Part shown: positions 38,201 to 50,790 of the stretch, piece after piece | How the letters are laid out: the number at the start of each line of letters is the position of its first letter | Numbering within the stretch: the first letter of the stretch is position 1 | Source of the DNA: Takakia lepidozioides | Taxonomy: Eukaryota; Plantae; Bryophyta | Direction of reading: 5' to 3' | NCBI GenBank assembly: GCA_030704615.1 | Contig: CM060731.1 | Location: 26,846,001-26,910,000, forward strand | DNA: 64,000 bases | Position numbers and translations under genes: made by a program | Notes under the pieces: model-generated | Told to the model about the DNA's origin: nothing | Database searches by the model: none | The model's input: the letters and a program-made list of their open reading frames with translations, nothing else

Positions 38201-41200
38201 AGGCACTGTAACAGCACCTGTCACTGGCACTGGAACTGGAACTTCTGTTTCTTCTTCCACCCTCCGACCACCTTCAGTAACAGCATGTGCCATGATTGTT
38301 AGCTCTCCCTTATAGTAAAGCAATTCAAAGAAACAACCAGCCCAAGCGACCCTGGGGTAAGATCACATGCCCACATCTAACCAAAAAACCACAAAGCGCA
38401 AATTTTCCCACAAACCTTCCGCCTGCAACCATAATGCTACAGGCTACAGAAGGCAAGTTTGAGAACAGGAACCTAACCAGTCCAACCTAACACAGATAAA
38501 GCCTTGGAGAGATCGGCGGATTATTGCCATGGATTTCTACCTTAATTGTTTACCAAGGACAGAAAGCTGGTTTGATATGCACCTTCCACCTGCAGGGAAA
38601 GCTAACAAAAGAGGGAAGGGCTCACCCCTGCCATGCGACAACTGTCTTGAGAGTACGTTTGTTTCTTCCAGGACCTCCTCTTCATCCCCATCTAGCACAC
38701 GCTTCTTGGGAACCCGAGTGCTTTTCCGGACAGTTAGTAACGTAGGGTCTGCGGTTGTCTTGGGTTGGGAATACAGTTTTGCTTTCGGTTGCTCTACTAA
38801 GCTGCCAGATGGTTGGCCATAGTCACCCCTTCCTTCCTTCGAAACAAACCTGCCTCTGAAGGTTGGGCTATGGAAATTGTTCATATCCCTTTTCGGTGCC
38901 TTTGGAGGAGGGAATGCTACCTGTGGTACAGCATGTTCCTCTTCATCATCTGAAATGTCCTGCAACCCAAGGTGATAGCATTCAGGTCATTCCTCAAACC
39001 TATACTCAAGAAAGCGCCTAACATACAAACACATCCCTTCAACCATGTCCGTCTGATCTTCAAAACAGAGTCATCGAATTCGCATGGATACGAAACAAGA
39101 TCTATTAAGAGTGTGGGCTTGTTTCCAATGTTTCTCTGTATACCTAACCAATGGATGACAACTACGATAGTTCCATGAACCAACGAGCTTTACCCACTTG
39201 ACCAGTGGTGATGTGAAATGTCCCAAAGAGCCCCAGAATGAGCTCAAAAGCAGACATATAACAGTATCTATACATCCAAGTAACATTTTCCACCCGTCCA
39301 AAGCAAGAAAGGGTATGACCACCACAAGAGTCTTCGTGGATGTGGACACTAAGGAAATAAAAGGTACCAAAAAACGACTGTCCAGCAAAACAGTAGGGTT
39401 CACTGTTGTTGACACAGTGAGGGTGTTTCTGCTCAGACAGATGTATACAATCCATCCTTGCTACTAATTCATACATACTATGTACTTTCAACATATTATT
39501 TACTTTTAATGTGGATATGCTGAACACTTCCCGTATTGCAGACAACCTGTGCAGGTGTTTCTGCTCAGACAGATGTACACAATCCCATCTTGTCACTAAT
39601 TCATACATACTATGTACATCACCAAATTATTTACTTTTAGTATGAATATGGTGAACCTGCACAATCATTCCTGGGACAAAGTAAGGAAGAAAACAATCTG
39701 AATCCACCTCTCTGGGTTCTTCCCTAGATAGAATCCAAAAATACATTAAGAGTAAAAAGAACAAAAACTACCTGAAGAATAAGTCGATGCCTGCGCTTCT
39801 TACTTCTGCCTCCATCATCAGGCTCAGGAACCTTTGCAGGTGCCTTTGTCTCTGAAGCACCCAGTGACGAAGTCAATGGCTTCCTCTTGGCAGAGTCTGA
39901 CACCAGTGTGTGGGTGACACCCCCAACCTTCAGTTTAAGCTTCGTAGGAACAGAAGATTTTTGCTCTGGTAGCCAACTCTCCATATATTTTCCTGTTGTA
40001 TCTCCTCCACCATGTTCCTCTCTCCTGCCAGTCTGCAGTGTCTGAACCCTATCTCTTGCACCTCTCTCTTTTCCACCCTCCTCATCTTTCTCTCTCCTCC
40101 CAACTTTGTCTTTCTCCAGGCTGTTCTCACTTCCCCCTTTATATCTACTGCGTATGTCCTTCAAATCTCTCTCCCTCTCAACAATTTCCTTCATGCTCTT
40201 CTCAGGCCTCTTTGTCCTTTCGCTTGGCTTGCTTCCCCCATATTTCCCATTGCTCTCCCTTTCCTCCCCCCTATCGTCATATCTCACATCTTCTTTCAAG
40301 TGCAACATTCTATATGGCCGGCTTTCCTCCCTCTCATTCACCCTGGCATATAGGTCTCTCCTAGATGAAAATCGCCCATCATCTCTGCCTACTCTCTGCT
40401 CATCTCGGCCATCCATGGCATCCTTTCGCCTTTGATCCTTGCCACCAGTTCTCGAGTAAAATTTGATTTCCTTGGCATCTCCCCTGTTCTCAAGCACTAC
40501 AACCCCTGTCCCCATCACCTGCAAACACAACCAATGTAGAAAGCATGAGTTCCAGGTCATCTATGTCTATCTGGATGTAGAAATAGGTGAAGCGTTGCTC
40601 CAGGTATGGGGGCCATTCTGCCCTTATGCCAAAATTGCTTTTCCACTTCAAGACCTTTGTCAGCAGACAATTTTAGGAAGTCGAGTGCAAACACTGCCAT
40701 ACTGGAGTGATAAATAGCCTTCACCCAGCACTCGAGAAATCGGTTGGATTGAAGGCTCCATGTAGGTCTTAAGTTACATTTCCTACATATCAAACCAGAC
40801 AGTACAGACTAAGCACAGACAGACATTCTGTATTCGTCACCTCATCAATTACATCTCTCTCGATCATGATAATTAGGGTGGCAGCGTGATCTTTTAAGCT
40901 ACTCCTAGATCTTTGCAAAAGCGGCCATATTCCCATGCCACACATACAGGACTCATGAAGAAGACTGTCAACTTTTGGAACTTGCAGTCATCTAAGATCA
41001 AAATTAGAAGAAGAAATCCAGGCATGCACTCATGTCCGCTTCCTTGGTACCTCTGCTCGTCAGCGAGATAGAAAGAGACACGACATAAGGGAGTTATTAC
41101 CTCTGCACCTCCATCTCTCTGTCTAGCCTCTGAGCTTTGATCATGAGCATTCGAAAATTGCCCGTTTTGCACCTCCCTGAAAGATTCACGAAAGGGATGA

Positions 41201-41331
41201 GAAGTGGAAGAATCATGGCCAGGAAAGGAGGCAAGGCACCGTGACTGCGGGCGAGGTCTGCGACCCGCATCTGACCGAGGCCTTCGTACGCCCTTTGTAC
41301 TCTCTCCTTCTAAAGCGTCCTGCTTGTCCAT
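35217..41331 (-). CDS. INO80B: INO80 complex subunit B / IES2 homolog (PAPA-1 domain + HIT-type zinc finger), about 717 aa, 8 exons
   Basis: Exons 41331-41101, 40518-39772, 38959-38626, 38271-37891, 37245-37145, 36035-35946, 35742-35615, 35358-35217, all GT-AG and in phase. Motifs KLKLKVGGVTHT, LTARQRAMQ, LIEFPEGL, KRAEAARRRKQQVEKAAKE, AIQKILGQDSTRKRRE, TIRWSLGPLGTVVSF, YPPVREKCAAPSCPNTYKYRDSKSHAPLCSLQCY. Confidence 0.93.
36531..36700 (+). mobile_element. tRNA-derived SINE with T-tail, in an INO80B intron (antisense to the host)
   Basis: A-box TAGCCCAGTGG (36541-36551), B-box GGTTCAATTC (36582-36591), body with ccttcggg hairpin motifs, ending in a T8 tract. No clear TSD. Confidence 0.7.
39410..39660. 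repeat. Intronic tandem duplication, about 133-bp unit x2
   Basis: gtgtttctgctcagacagatgta.acaatcc...ctaattcatacatactatgtac...attatttactttta...atatg.tgaac at about 39423 and about 39556. Confidence 0.88.
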
Positions 41332-43217
41332 TTCTTGAACACCTATGCACTACTTAATATAAACCTTTACCAGCTTTCACCGAAAGTCTTGAGGCCTATC
41401 GGCTACAAAATAAGCAAGCAACAACAAGACACAGCCAAAAGTAAAACCGATCCAGAATCAAAGACAAGAGAAGGAAGCGAAAGGCCTTAGAGACATCAAG
41501 GGAAAGTGAGTAGAAATGACATCAAACCGGCGAAGAAGGACGGTGAAAGATAGAGAAACGGGAAGGAGGGAGAGTATGAACACAGAAGACAGGACGAGGT
41601 CCCCGACCACACAGAGACGGTAACGACAAGGACACCGGGCCTTAGCAGAAGAAGAAGAAGACGACGGCGAGAAGTGGCCTCAAATTCTCACACGGCAACC
41701 ATATCGACCGTTAGAGGCGCCACACCCTAGGTATTCCACCCCATGGGCCATGGCCGAAGCCTGGAAGGGGCAGACATGGTAGAGATGGATCTCAAGCAGC
41801 AAAGCAGGTGCTGACGAGGCAGACATAAGTAGAGTAGAAAAAGTAAGATGCGTGCATGCAGACAAGGGTCGCGCTTCCCGGTGACTGTGAGGGGCAGACC
41901 TGCAGTGTAGTGTAGGGTGGCATACATAGGGCACAGTGGGGTTGGGCAGTAAGGCTGCGCTAGCCTGCCCCGCCCCTCCCCCCCTCCAACGACCTCCACC
42001 GTCTCTCCTGTCCTGCTCTGCTAGCCCCCCCGCTTCTCCACCCTCTCCATGTCTGCACCCCTGCCCTAACTTGTTCTCTACTTTGTTGTAGGAATTGATT
42101 ATCGTGCTTGCAATGGCTTGTCCCATACTTGTCCCATACTTGTCCCATATTTGCCGGCCCGCACCACTTGTTTGAGCCCTTGATTCCCTACTACATGTGC
42201 CAACAATTCCCTGATTATCATTCATCAAGACCTTTGGACTTTGGACCTTTGAAAATTAAACACACAAATGAGGCGTCCAAGGCCGGTAGATCGGTCATGT
42301 ATCCAAGTGGTAAAGGGCATTCATGTGTCTAGGGAGGTGATTCATGTGTATTTTGCAAAAGTGGCTGATGTACCAAAAAGAAAAAACTTGTGACTCTTGC
42401 CGAAGCAAACTTAAAGGGATTTATAGACATTTCATGTACTTGTTATTGGTTGTTTGGGAGCACTATTCGAAGATCAATCTCTTGTATTCATAAAAAATAG
42501 GTTTCATGTCAAGGGATGGTACGTATGGTCTTTCTTTCTTTTTTTCTTTTTTTTCTTTTTTTAAAAGAAAGAGAAATACATGTGATCAATGGCACACTTC
42601 GTTTACAAGGTGGCATAAAATGGCAACGTTCCCTTGATAGGCCGGCGCAATATTGCTCCATAGCTCACGCGCTCTTGGAGGCTTGTGGAACTTGTGTCTT
42701 TTTTGGCCTTTTCTGCTTTTCCATTTCGGATCCAACTTCTTTGGCTTGTTTATATCGGAGAATGCACTCCCTATGATTCTTTGCATAAAGGATTTTGGGG
42801 GTAGATTATGGGGCCTTTGATTGGCTGCAGGCCATAATGAGTTGTTCAAAGTCAAACAGCCAATTATGAATGCATAATGCACAGTTGCGCATGGAGCACC
42901 ATGGAACAACTATATTTTATTTCTTAATTTGCCTCAAAAATGTCATAATCTGCCTCCAAAATTCTTTCTATTGTAGTAATAGGCCCTCAAGCTCTCATTC
43001 TTATGGAATCCGTGGCGTCACAATGGTGATGTATTGATGTGTTCGTTAACGTAGCAACTTGCATGGCTTTTTCTATCTATCGTCCCTCTTATATCATCAA
43101 AGTTCTACGTTTTGGAGCGCACATCTCTTTTTTGTTTTTTTTTTCTTCTTCATGTCTTGTCTTTCATAGTATAATGTTTTACATGCCATATGGTAAAGAG
43201 CGCTTCTCATTTAACAA

Positions 43218-43783
43218 TAATAGGGTCATGAATGCCCGCACATGTGGCTGCCGCGGGGCCACGTGTGACATAGTGGTCGCAGAGGGTGGGAGCGCCCCTA
43301 CCCGGACCCGCCAATCCCAGCCCCGCCCTGCCCCGGCAAGTTGGTCTGCTGGGGCCCACAATATGCACATAAAGCATTAGTTATTGCAAGTTTGTAGAAA
43401 GTAGTGGGTAGTGTGGTGGTCAAGAGCAATAACTGATAAACACCAGGTGCGGCATTCAAATCTTGTTACATTGTAGTGTTATTAAATATATATTTTGTCG
43501 AAGGGTCTGCCGGTCTTTTGGAGGGTCCAAGCCGGTCTGCTGGAGGGGGTCTGCCCAGTCTGCTGGAGAGGTGCTCCGCTCGTCGGTCTAGAGGGTTTGC
43601 TAGAAGGTTGGAGTCGGTCTGTTGGAGGGTCTGCCCAGTCCACTAGAAGGTCCGCCACGGTAGATTAACAAGGACTTAGAAAAATTTCAGAATCTCGTCG
43701 ACCCTGTGAATGGGCGGTGGGCTTATGAGCTCACCCCAAGGGTCGTACTGGCGGGGCCCGCCCGTGCATTCATGACCCTATTA
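43218..43783. mobile_element. hAT-like MITE (566 bp) with internal GC-rich repeats and a tRNA-like segment
   Basis: TIRs TAATAGGGTCATGAATGC ... GCATTCATGACCCTATTA. Flanking 8-mers TTTAACAA (43210-43217) and TTAAACAA (43784-43791) match 7/8. Internal gagggtctgc/gtctgctgga repeats. Confidence 0.85.
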
Positions 43784-43959
43784 TTAAACAATGAGAGACG
43801 TAAAGAGCATAGGCCTCCCCAGTATAAAAATATTTGAACATCATGATGGGATAAAAAAATTTATGAATTGATCCGCAAAGTTGGTTCAAGTCCTAATAAT
43901 TATATATTGGACAAATGACCAATGGTCTCATCTCATATCTCATTGATTCCTAATTTGCC

Positions 43960-44840
43960 GAATTACTGTCCCAATTCAAACGAAAATAAGATGATCTCAA
44001 CTATGATATCTTGAATAAAAAAGGCGGACAAGCAGAACACCGCATTTTGGGATATCAATGAGTTTGGCAAGGATTGCATATAAGCGATTCTTACCATTCA
44101 GGCTGAAAAATGTCCCTACGAGTTCCAGAGGGTCATAGAAATGATTCTCACAAGCATGGACTTTGCTCAGTGCTACATAGATGACATCATCATCTTTAAT
44201 GCTATTGTGGAAAAGCATAAGAGATACTTTTCAAGAGATAATTGAGCGAGTTAGAGCTCACAGACTGAAATTACATCCAAGAAAGTACAAGTTTTTTCAC
44301 AATCAGATTGAATATTTGGGTCACATGATAAATCTTAGAGAATTGGGATGCATCAGACCAAGGTGAAGGCTATTGCACAAATCTTATGCTCCACGGATGT
44401 GAGTCGAGTTCGAGTTCGAGTTTTCATGGGGTTGACAAACTACCATCAGCGGTTTGTCAAGAAATTTAATGCTATTGCAAAGGCTTTAACCAAACTAACC
44501 AAAGTGGATCAGAAGCAGCAATAGGAAGATGAGTGAGAACGAGCATTTCAGGAGCTCAATACAAGGTTAACCTTGACGCACATCTTGAGATAACTTATCA
44601 GATGGCGTCATTTTCAGCTGCATATTATCAATTAGAACAAGTTGGGGCTTGGAGCAGTGCTCATACAAGTGGATGATGAAGGAAGAAACTTTGTAATGGT
44701 TTATGTTAACCACTCGAATAACATTGCAGATGTAACTACAGTTTATATGATGGAAAATATTAAATTGCAGTATGAGCCGTGACACAATTCAGATACTACA
44801 TAGATGACAATCTCTTTACCCTTGTCACGTATCACCTCCT
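43960..44840 (+). mobile_element. Ty3/Gypsy RT-RNase H remnant
   Basis: FLPFRLKNVP, AQCYIDDIIIF (YxDD), LKLHPRKYKFFHNQIEYLGHMI, RVFMGLTNYHQRFVKKFNAIAKALTKLTK, KLGLGAVLIQ. Many stops and frameshifts. Confidence 0.88.
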
Positions 44841-44915
44841 CGGTATGCAGGAAACTCTCAGTCGTGCAGACTCAACTCGAGAGAGATGAGCCGCACGACT
44901 CAGGGTAAGATACTC

Positions 44916-44976
44916 CAGGTGTCAAGTTTAGATCTTGACACCTGATTTAACACTTGAAATAATTTCAAGTGTTAAA
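44916..44976. repeat. Two adjacent palindromes
   Basis: CAGGTGTCAAG-tttagat-CTTGACACCTG (44916-44944) and TTTAACACTTGAAAT-a-ATTTCAAGTGTTAAA (44946-44976). Confidence 0.9.
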
Positions 44977-45053
44977 ATCAAATAACCAGATATATCCTAG
45001 TTAGTTTTACACTATAATAAATGTACTTGACAGGACATTTAGCATTTCAAACG

Positions 45054-45450
45054 ATGAATCCTGAAAAGACACAACTCTTAGACAAAGTGTTGTGATTGGT
45101 TGTATTAATAGTCACGGGTGGTCACATGTCTTAAAAGTGACACACGCTCACTATTGTAACATCTTCTTCATTATCAAATTACGGTTCGCCAACAACTCTA
45201 TACATCTATTCAGAGCTTAAAATTATCTGAATATGCTTTAATAGCATTGTTGGACAAAAAATATGGCCTTCGTAATTTAGACTCTTGAAGGTTTTCATTC
45301 AGTTGAGAGAGGGTGTTGGAGTCAATTTTGATATTCAACATTTTAGATGGTGAATCCTCAAAAGACAACTCTTAGACAAAGAGTTGTGATTGGTTGTCTC
45401 AATAGTCATGATTGGTCACATGAGGACACGCTCATCTTCTTCAGTATCAA
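45054..45450. repeat. About 100-bp direct repeat pair upstream of the DDT gene
   Basis: tgaatcct.aaaagac..aactcttagacaaag.gttgtgattggttgt...aatagtca...ggtcacatg...cacgctca...tcttcttca at about 45055 and about 45351. Confidence 0.85.
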
Positions 45451-48400
45451 TTGCTAGTTTCTCTCTCAATAAATTTAACAAAAGATATTGAATGGCAATA
45501 GACAAAAGCGAGTCGACGTCCAACAGCATGCTGCTTGTAAACAAAGAAAGAAATGACGTCTCCAGGATGAGGAAGGACTTCAACAATTGATCTGCTTAAA
45601 GACACCGTCCCGTTCCCACTGGTACTCTGAGACGGAAGACAAGATTTCCACCTGCCAGTGCCTTATGCAAACCGTATAAAATATAACGCAAAGAAATTGA
45701 GGAGAGGTCACCTAAGCGCGGTGTTGAGGATATAGCGAAACCCTACAGTTGGGAATTCAGGAGTGGATTGTGCAGCAGGTTGGAATATCCAGTTAAAACC
45801 ATTACAAAAGGTCTATCAGATTGTTGGACAAATCTGTGGCTTTGCTTCAAGTAATGATGGAGGAAGAGGATTCTGACAGTGGAAGTAGCTGGAGTTTGAA
45901 CTCGGATTTTGGAAGTAAAATGGACAGTGAAGGTTATAGCTCGGAAGGACATTTGGCTTGGCCTCGAGTCTCTGCTATAAGCAACAGGTGGGCTTCTCCA
46001 ATTGCACGTGTTCTTCCTGGTAAAAATGACATTAGAAGGGAAAGAAGAAGAGCTCTAGAAGGATAGCCAAGCCAGCAAAAGAGTGTCTAAGAGGGAAAAA
46101 GAGCCAGCAAGACGTGGCTCCAATCAATCCTTCAAGCTCTCGGAATCCTACAGGAAAGATTCCTGCCAAGACTCCGGAAGCACTTACTCATACTCGCTTC
46201 AGGTGCTCCAAACATATGGCGGCAAAACATTGTAGGCCGAAAAAAGACGAGCTGAAAGCCACCAGGAGTTAAAAAAATGCGACAGCCGAGTCGAAATTGC
46301 CTCCGAGATTAAAGGAACCTAAATCTAGGAGAGATGTCAGCCATGCTAACGTCTTATCTACAGATTCAGTACTCGGCAATTGGCAACCCGTATTTTCCGG
46401 TTGTACTGGAGGAAGCGTCTCAAAATGCCTGACACGATCACAAGTTCCTTTTGAACCAGGAGAGGAAGAAAATTGTTTCAAGGACTCCGAGGATGGAAAG
46501 AAAGGAAAATCTCACATCCGTAGTAGCAAGAGAAACGCAGATTTAAGTTCAGTCGATATAGATTCCGAGGTATCCGCTAAGCGAAGCAGAAAGTCTGGAG
46601 TCTGTGTTAGTGGTGGGAGAATCCATGAACCCGAGAAAACATGTCACCAGGTGACTCCCCCTTTCGTTCGTCGTAAGAATCAAATTCTCCTCTTTTGCTT
46701 AGGGGAAGGAATGAGTACAAAACTTCAGTGCCGTCAGCCACTGACAACTAGAGTTTAACTCATTTATGTCATCGCTTCAAAGAACTCGCTTCAGATGGAC
46801 CGTCTGCTTGAATATTATACTCAAACGAACTTCTGGCACAGACACTCCATTTGATCGTGAAACTGAAGTACTGGCTAGTAATGTGATCGCAGTGCCGACA
46901 GACAACATTGGAATATATGGTACCTTGTAGGAGCTTCGTGGGGAAGAAAGCTTGCATGCAGAAGTTCTGCCCCAAGTGCTTGTTGGACAGGTAAGGTTCT
47001 CTTTGCTCAAATTTGGGGCTGCATGTGAGTCTTCTGTTATGTGGTTTGTGACCGGTGTTGAGACTTCCTAGACGCGTGAGGGCATGAAATTGTATTGAAA
47101 TTTGAAAGCTGTTGTATAGTTAGTTGCCTTCAACACCATTGTTTGGGTTGGAAAAATTTGACTCTGTTGTCCCATATGTTTCCCTCAAGAGCGCCTGACC
47201 AAATTCTGTGAGGCATATGATGGCCATTCATTGTGTTTTATACCTGGTGTGAGGCCTTCAGACCATCCTGCGCCCTGATAATCAATTCTATGGGGATGCA
47301 ATCAGATGCAGAAAGCTTCCAGAGCTTTTCAAGTTCAACCACTCACTAGTCCAAGTTAGCTACATGAATAATTGTAGATCTTAGAATAACTATTTACAAG
47401 GCTACCCATGGGCAAATGGGAATCTACCTCCTACAGATGCACTTTCTGTGAGGCTCCAGCCACCGGAGTGGGAGGGCAGATGAAGCTCAGCCATGGGACT
47501 AAGGGATGACCCTTGTGAATGGAAGGTATGGAGAAAATGTGGAAGCTTCTGCTAAATCAGAAACCTGGAGCTGCCCACACTGAAAAAGAATCTGTAACTG
47601 CTCCATTTGCATGTGAGTCTCTCTCTTTCGGATAAAGTATGTTGTACTCTATATTTCAATGCCTATGAGTACTTCTCGTCTTTATCTGACCGGTGGAAAA
47701 GGTAAAGTATTGTCAGCCATCCATATCATGAAACCATTAGTAAGCTCTAGCTCCCTGCATACTTTTTGACAGGTTCAGGGTGTACAAATGGTTCCACACA
47801 CGAGTTTTTTTTATAGCTTTTGCTTTGATGAAATGCAGAAAGAAGAAGGGGCTGACTTCTGCAGGAATTTTGACACCCATTGCCAAGACTACTGGCTCTG
47901 GATCTGTCATGGAGCCTCTTCAGCAACATCCGGATTTTGTTCAGGTTCTTATAATCCCTACATCTGCTCACCTGGCACCAAATCTGGATGTTCAACAGTC
48001 CCTTCGGCTCCAAGAAGGTTTTTGCCATGGCTTTGATGTGCACACCATAAGACAGCGTGTTACATTTCTGCACCTCAACCAATCCTCTGCCATGCACGCA
48101 ATGTCATGAATAATTATGCTTTACTGTCCAAAGACTGTTGAGAAGCAGTAGTATGTTATGACACTGCAAAACCAACTTGCACACTACAGAAAGTTAGATC
48201 CAGTTAGATCTTAGTTCATGCCCAGTGTAGGCCCAAGTATGACAGACTGCTAAACGTCATCATTGACCTCTATTTGTACCAAGGCATTCTTCTTGGCATA
48301 TGTCCAACACCTGGTCAACATAAGAGGTCACAGGAACTGTCTTCACTGAGGAAGGAATTTCTTACAGTATAGAGAAGGAAATAAGCTGAAGTCCTGAATT

Positions 48401-50790
48401 TAAGACCTTCTGATGGGGATCAAATTTGCTTGAAAGCATTAATTTGCTGCTACTTTGAGCACATGTTATTTATTCTGCAGAAGACTTTGAGTGTTTCAAT
48501 CCCCCCTCAGGAAGACACCAAAGGGAAGACAATTTTGGAGGGATGCAAAAGCACTGGGAAGCCAGTCAGAGCAAGGATCGCTAGAAAAGAATTAGCTTTG
48601 GATGTTGACACCACTGAAGCACAGATAACATCAACTGAAATGGAAGGAGCAAGTGGGAAGGAAACTACAGTGGATGGCATTACTGCAATAGTTGCCCCGG
48701 TTTCTGAAGGAATTTCGGCTGAAATAGACCAACCAAGAGAGAACCCCAAGGTCAGGAGAAAGTGCAGGAGAGTGCAATGGGTTCCTACAAGAAATTTGGA
48801 CAAAGAAATTGTCATTCCAGTGTCTCGGACACGCATGTATCAGGTACATAGTACTGACACCAGCCATTTCATTGCAACTATTCCATTATAGTATACATGT
48901 GACATAACCATTCATGCTTTATAATATCAACAAGATTGACAACTAATTGTCAGTATATTGTCTATATTTTCAGTTTGACATATAGATAAGAATGAGATAT
49001 ATTGAATGGGGAATGCAGTTCTCAAAGGGTGGTGGTCCCAAGGACATTGAAGACAAAGAAATCGTGCTTCCTGAAGGCAAGTTACTGACGTCTGTGGCGG
49101 GCATTGCGCTTCCTGCAAATGCCATTGGGCTGGCCCTGCAACTCCTGGAATTTTGTTGTGCATTTGGCAAGGTAAGCCTCAGAGAATGAAGCAGTTCTGT
49201 GCAAGGTGGCTAAAATTTTGGGTCCAGTACCATAGCAAGCTGCAGAGGAGATAGAAGACAGAAAGAAAGAAATTGGCATCCACAAGAGGCCCAAGGTCCC
49301 ATGCAGAAGGAGAGAGAATCCACTCATAAGACATTGTTTGCAGAGGGAGATTAATTTCAGTCCCTTTCAGCTTATACTATTGCATGGCATTCTTGACTAG
49401 GCACGATCGTGCAGAGTCCCAGGCACTTCCTTCCTTAGGACCTCACAAAAATCCAGCAACACTTATCTGCGTCTCTGCTATTTCTCTCTGTGCATTCTGC
49501 TCTAATGTGTTACTCTACTGTGCCAAATGGGCCCTTTGGGCCTGAGGCACTCATCTTTGGGTGTCTTCTCACGTGGTTTTCTTGTTCTATGGGCCCTGTG
49601 GAGGCTATGATTGGTCTTTTTCTTCTTATCGCTACTGGTTAGAGCCTGCCCCCGATGGTAGTGCCTATTCTGCCTCCTCCCTTCCTCTCCTCTGTCTCCT
49701 CCCCCACTCCATACAAACTGGGCGCTGCCCTTCTATGGCTAGAATATGAAAATTGGCAAATATTCATAACTGGTAGAAAATTTGCAAGATGTCATACTAG
49801 TTGACCAGGCTATGGCAAACAGAGTCTAATGAGTAAATCTATCGCTCTTTTGTTTCCTGAACAATTACTGCATTTGGAATTTACAGCCCCTTGGCATCAA
49901 GAAAGGTGAAGCAGAAAAGGCTCTGCGGGAGATTGCCAAGGGTTCTACTGTAAAGCGGGGATCACAGTCCCAGCTTGTACAACTTCACGTCCAGATGTTG
50001 TCTCTAATACTGGATGAAACCGAGGAGCCGTCTGTACCTGTAAACCAGTAACATTGAGATGCCTGTGTTCTCAGTTTGTAATAGAGAAACTTAGGATGGC
50101 TGCTTGTCGAAAAGCTAGAATGTTCTCTCGATTGGTGACCCATTTGGGTTGCCAGTTATCATGGGCCTTACCCTGGTATGCCAACATTGTTCGTAAGTTT
50201 TTCCTTCTCTGACAGATGGGCTATACAAATGCCTATAGAGATGAATCCCCTCCTGCATGTTTCATCTCCAGAGAGCACAGGTTATCTTAGACATCGTGCA
50301 ACTCCCTTGTCTACACCAGATGGTCTAGGTTGGAGAAACCTGGAGAATACTACCTGTCGATGTCTGGGTTGGTGGGGGATAAGAACCAGCTCAACTCGAT
50401 TTGTCATACTTTAATGATTACAGGAATTTTGTGCCATAATCATGCTGGCAGGTACAGTATCAGGTACACTGCAACGAGCAAGAGCTCATGGCTGGAAGCC
50501 CTCAAGAAACATCTCCACAATAAACTTATCTTGTTTTCAACAGAAAAAAAGATGAAATCCGTAGACTGTCAAGCTCATACCAGTGGTCATCCGTCCCCAC
50601 TATCAATGGGGTCCACATCTTCTTCATGCTGTCCTCTGGCCCCAGAAGGGACAGAACATTTTGCAGATGCTTTGGAGCGTGGAGTGGATGGTTATGGGAG
50701 TCTCCAGATCCACGAGAAGTTGCAACTTCTCATGATCCTTTGTGATGATATACTGGCTACAACGTATGATCCATCTCTCTTTCATGTGCT

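Noticed and set aside
41860-42185. Possible MITE (caagggtc ... gagcccttg, cttgtcccata x3)
   Set aside because: The TIR match is short and no TSD was found.
47581-47583. Idea that the TGA is repaired by U-to-C RNA editing or read as selenocysteine
   Set aside because: Plant U-to-C editing is organellar and would give Arg, not Cys; land plants lack Sec insertion.
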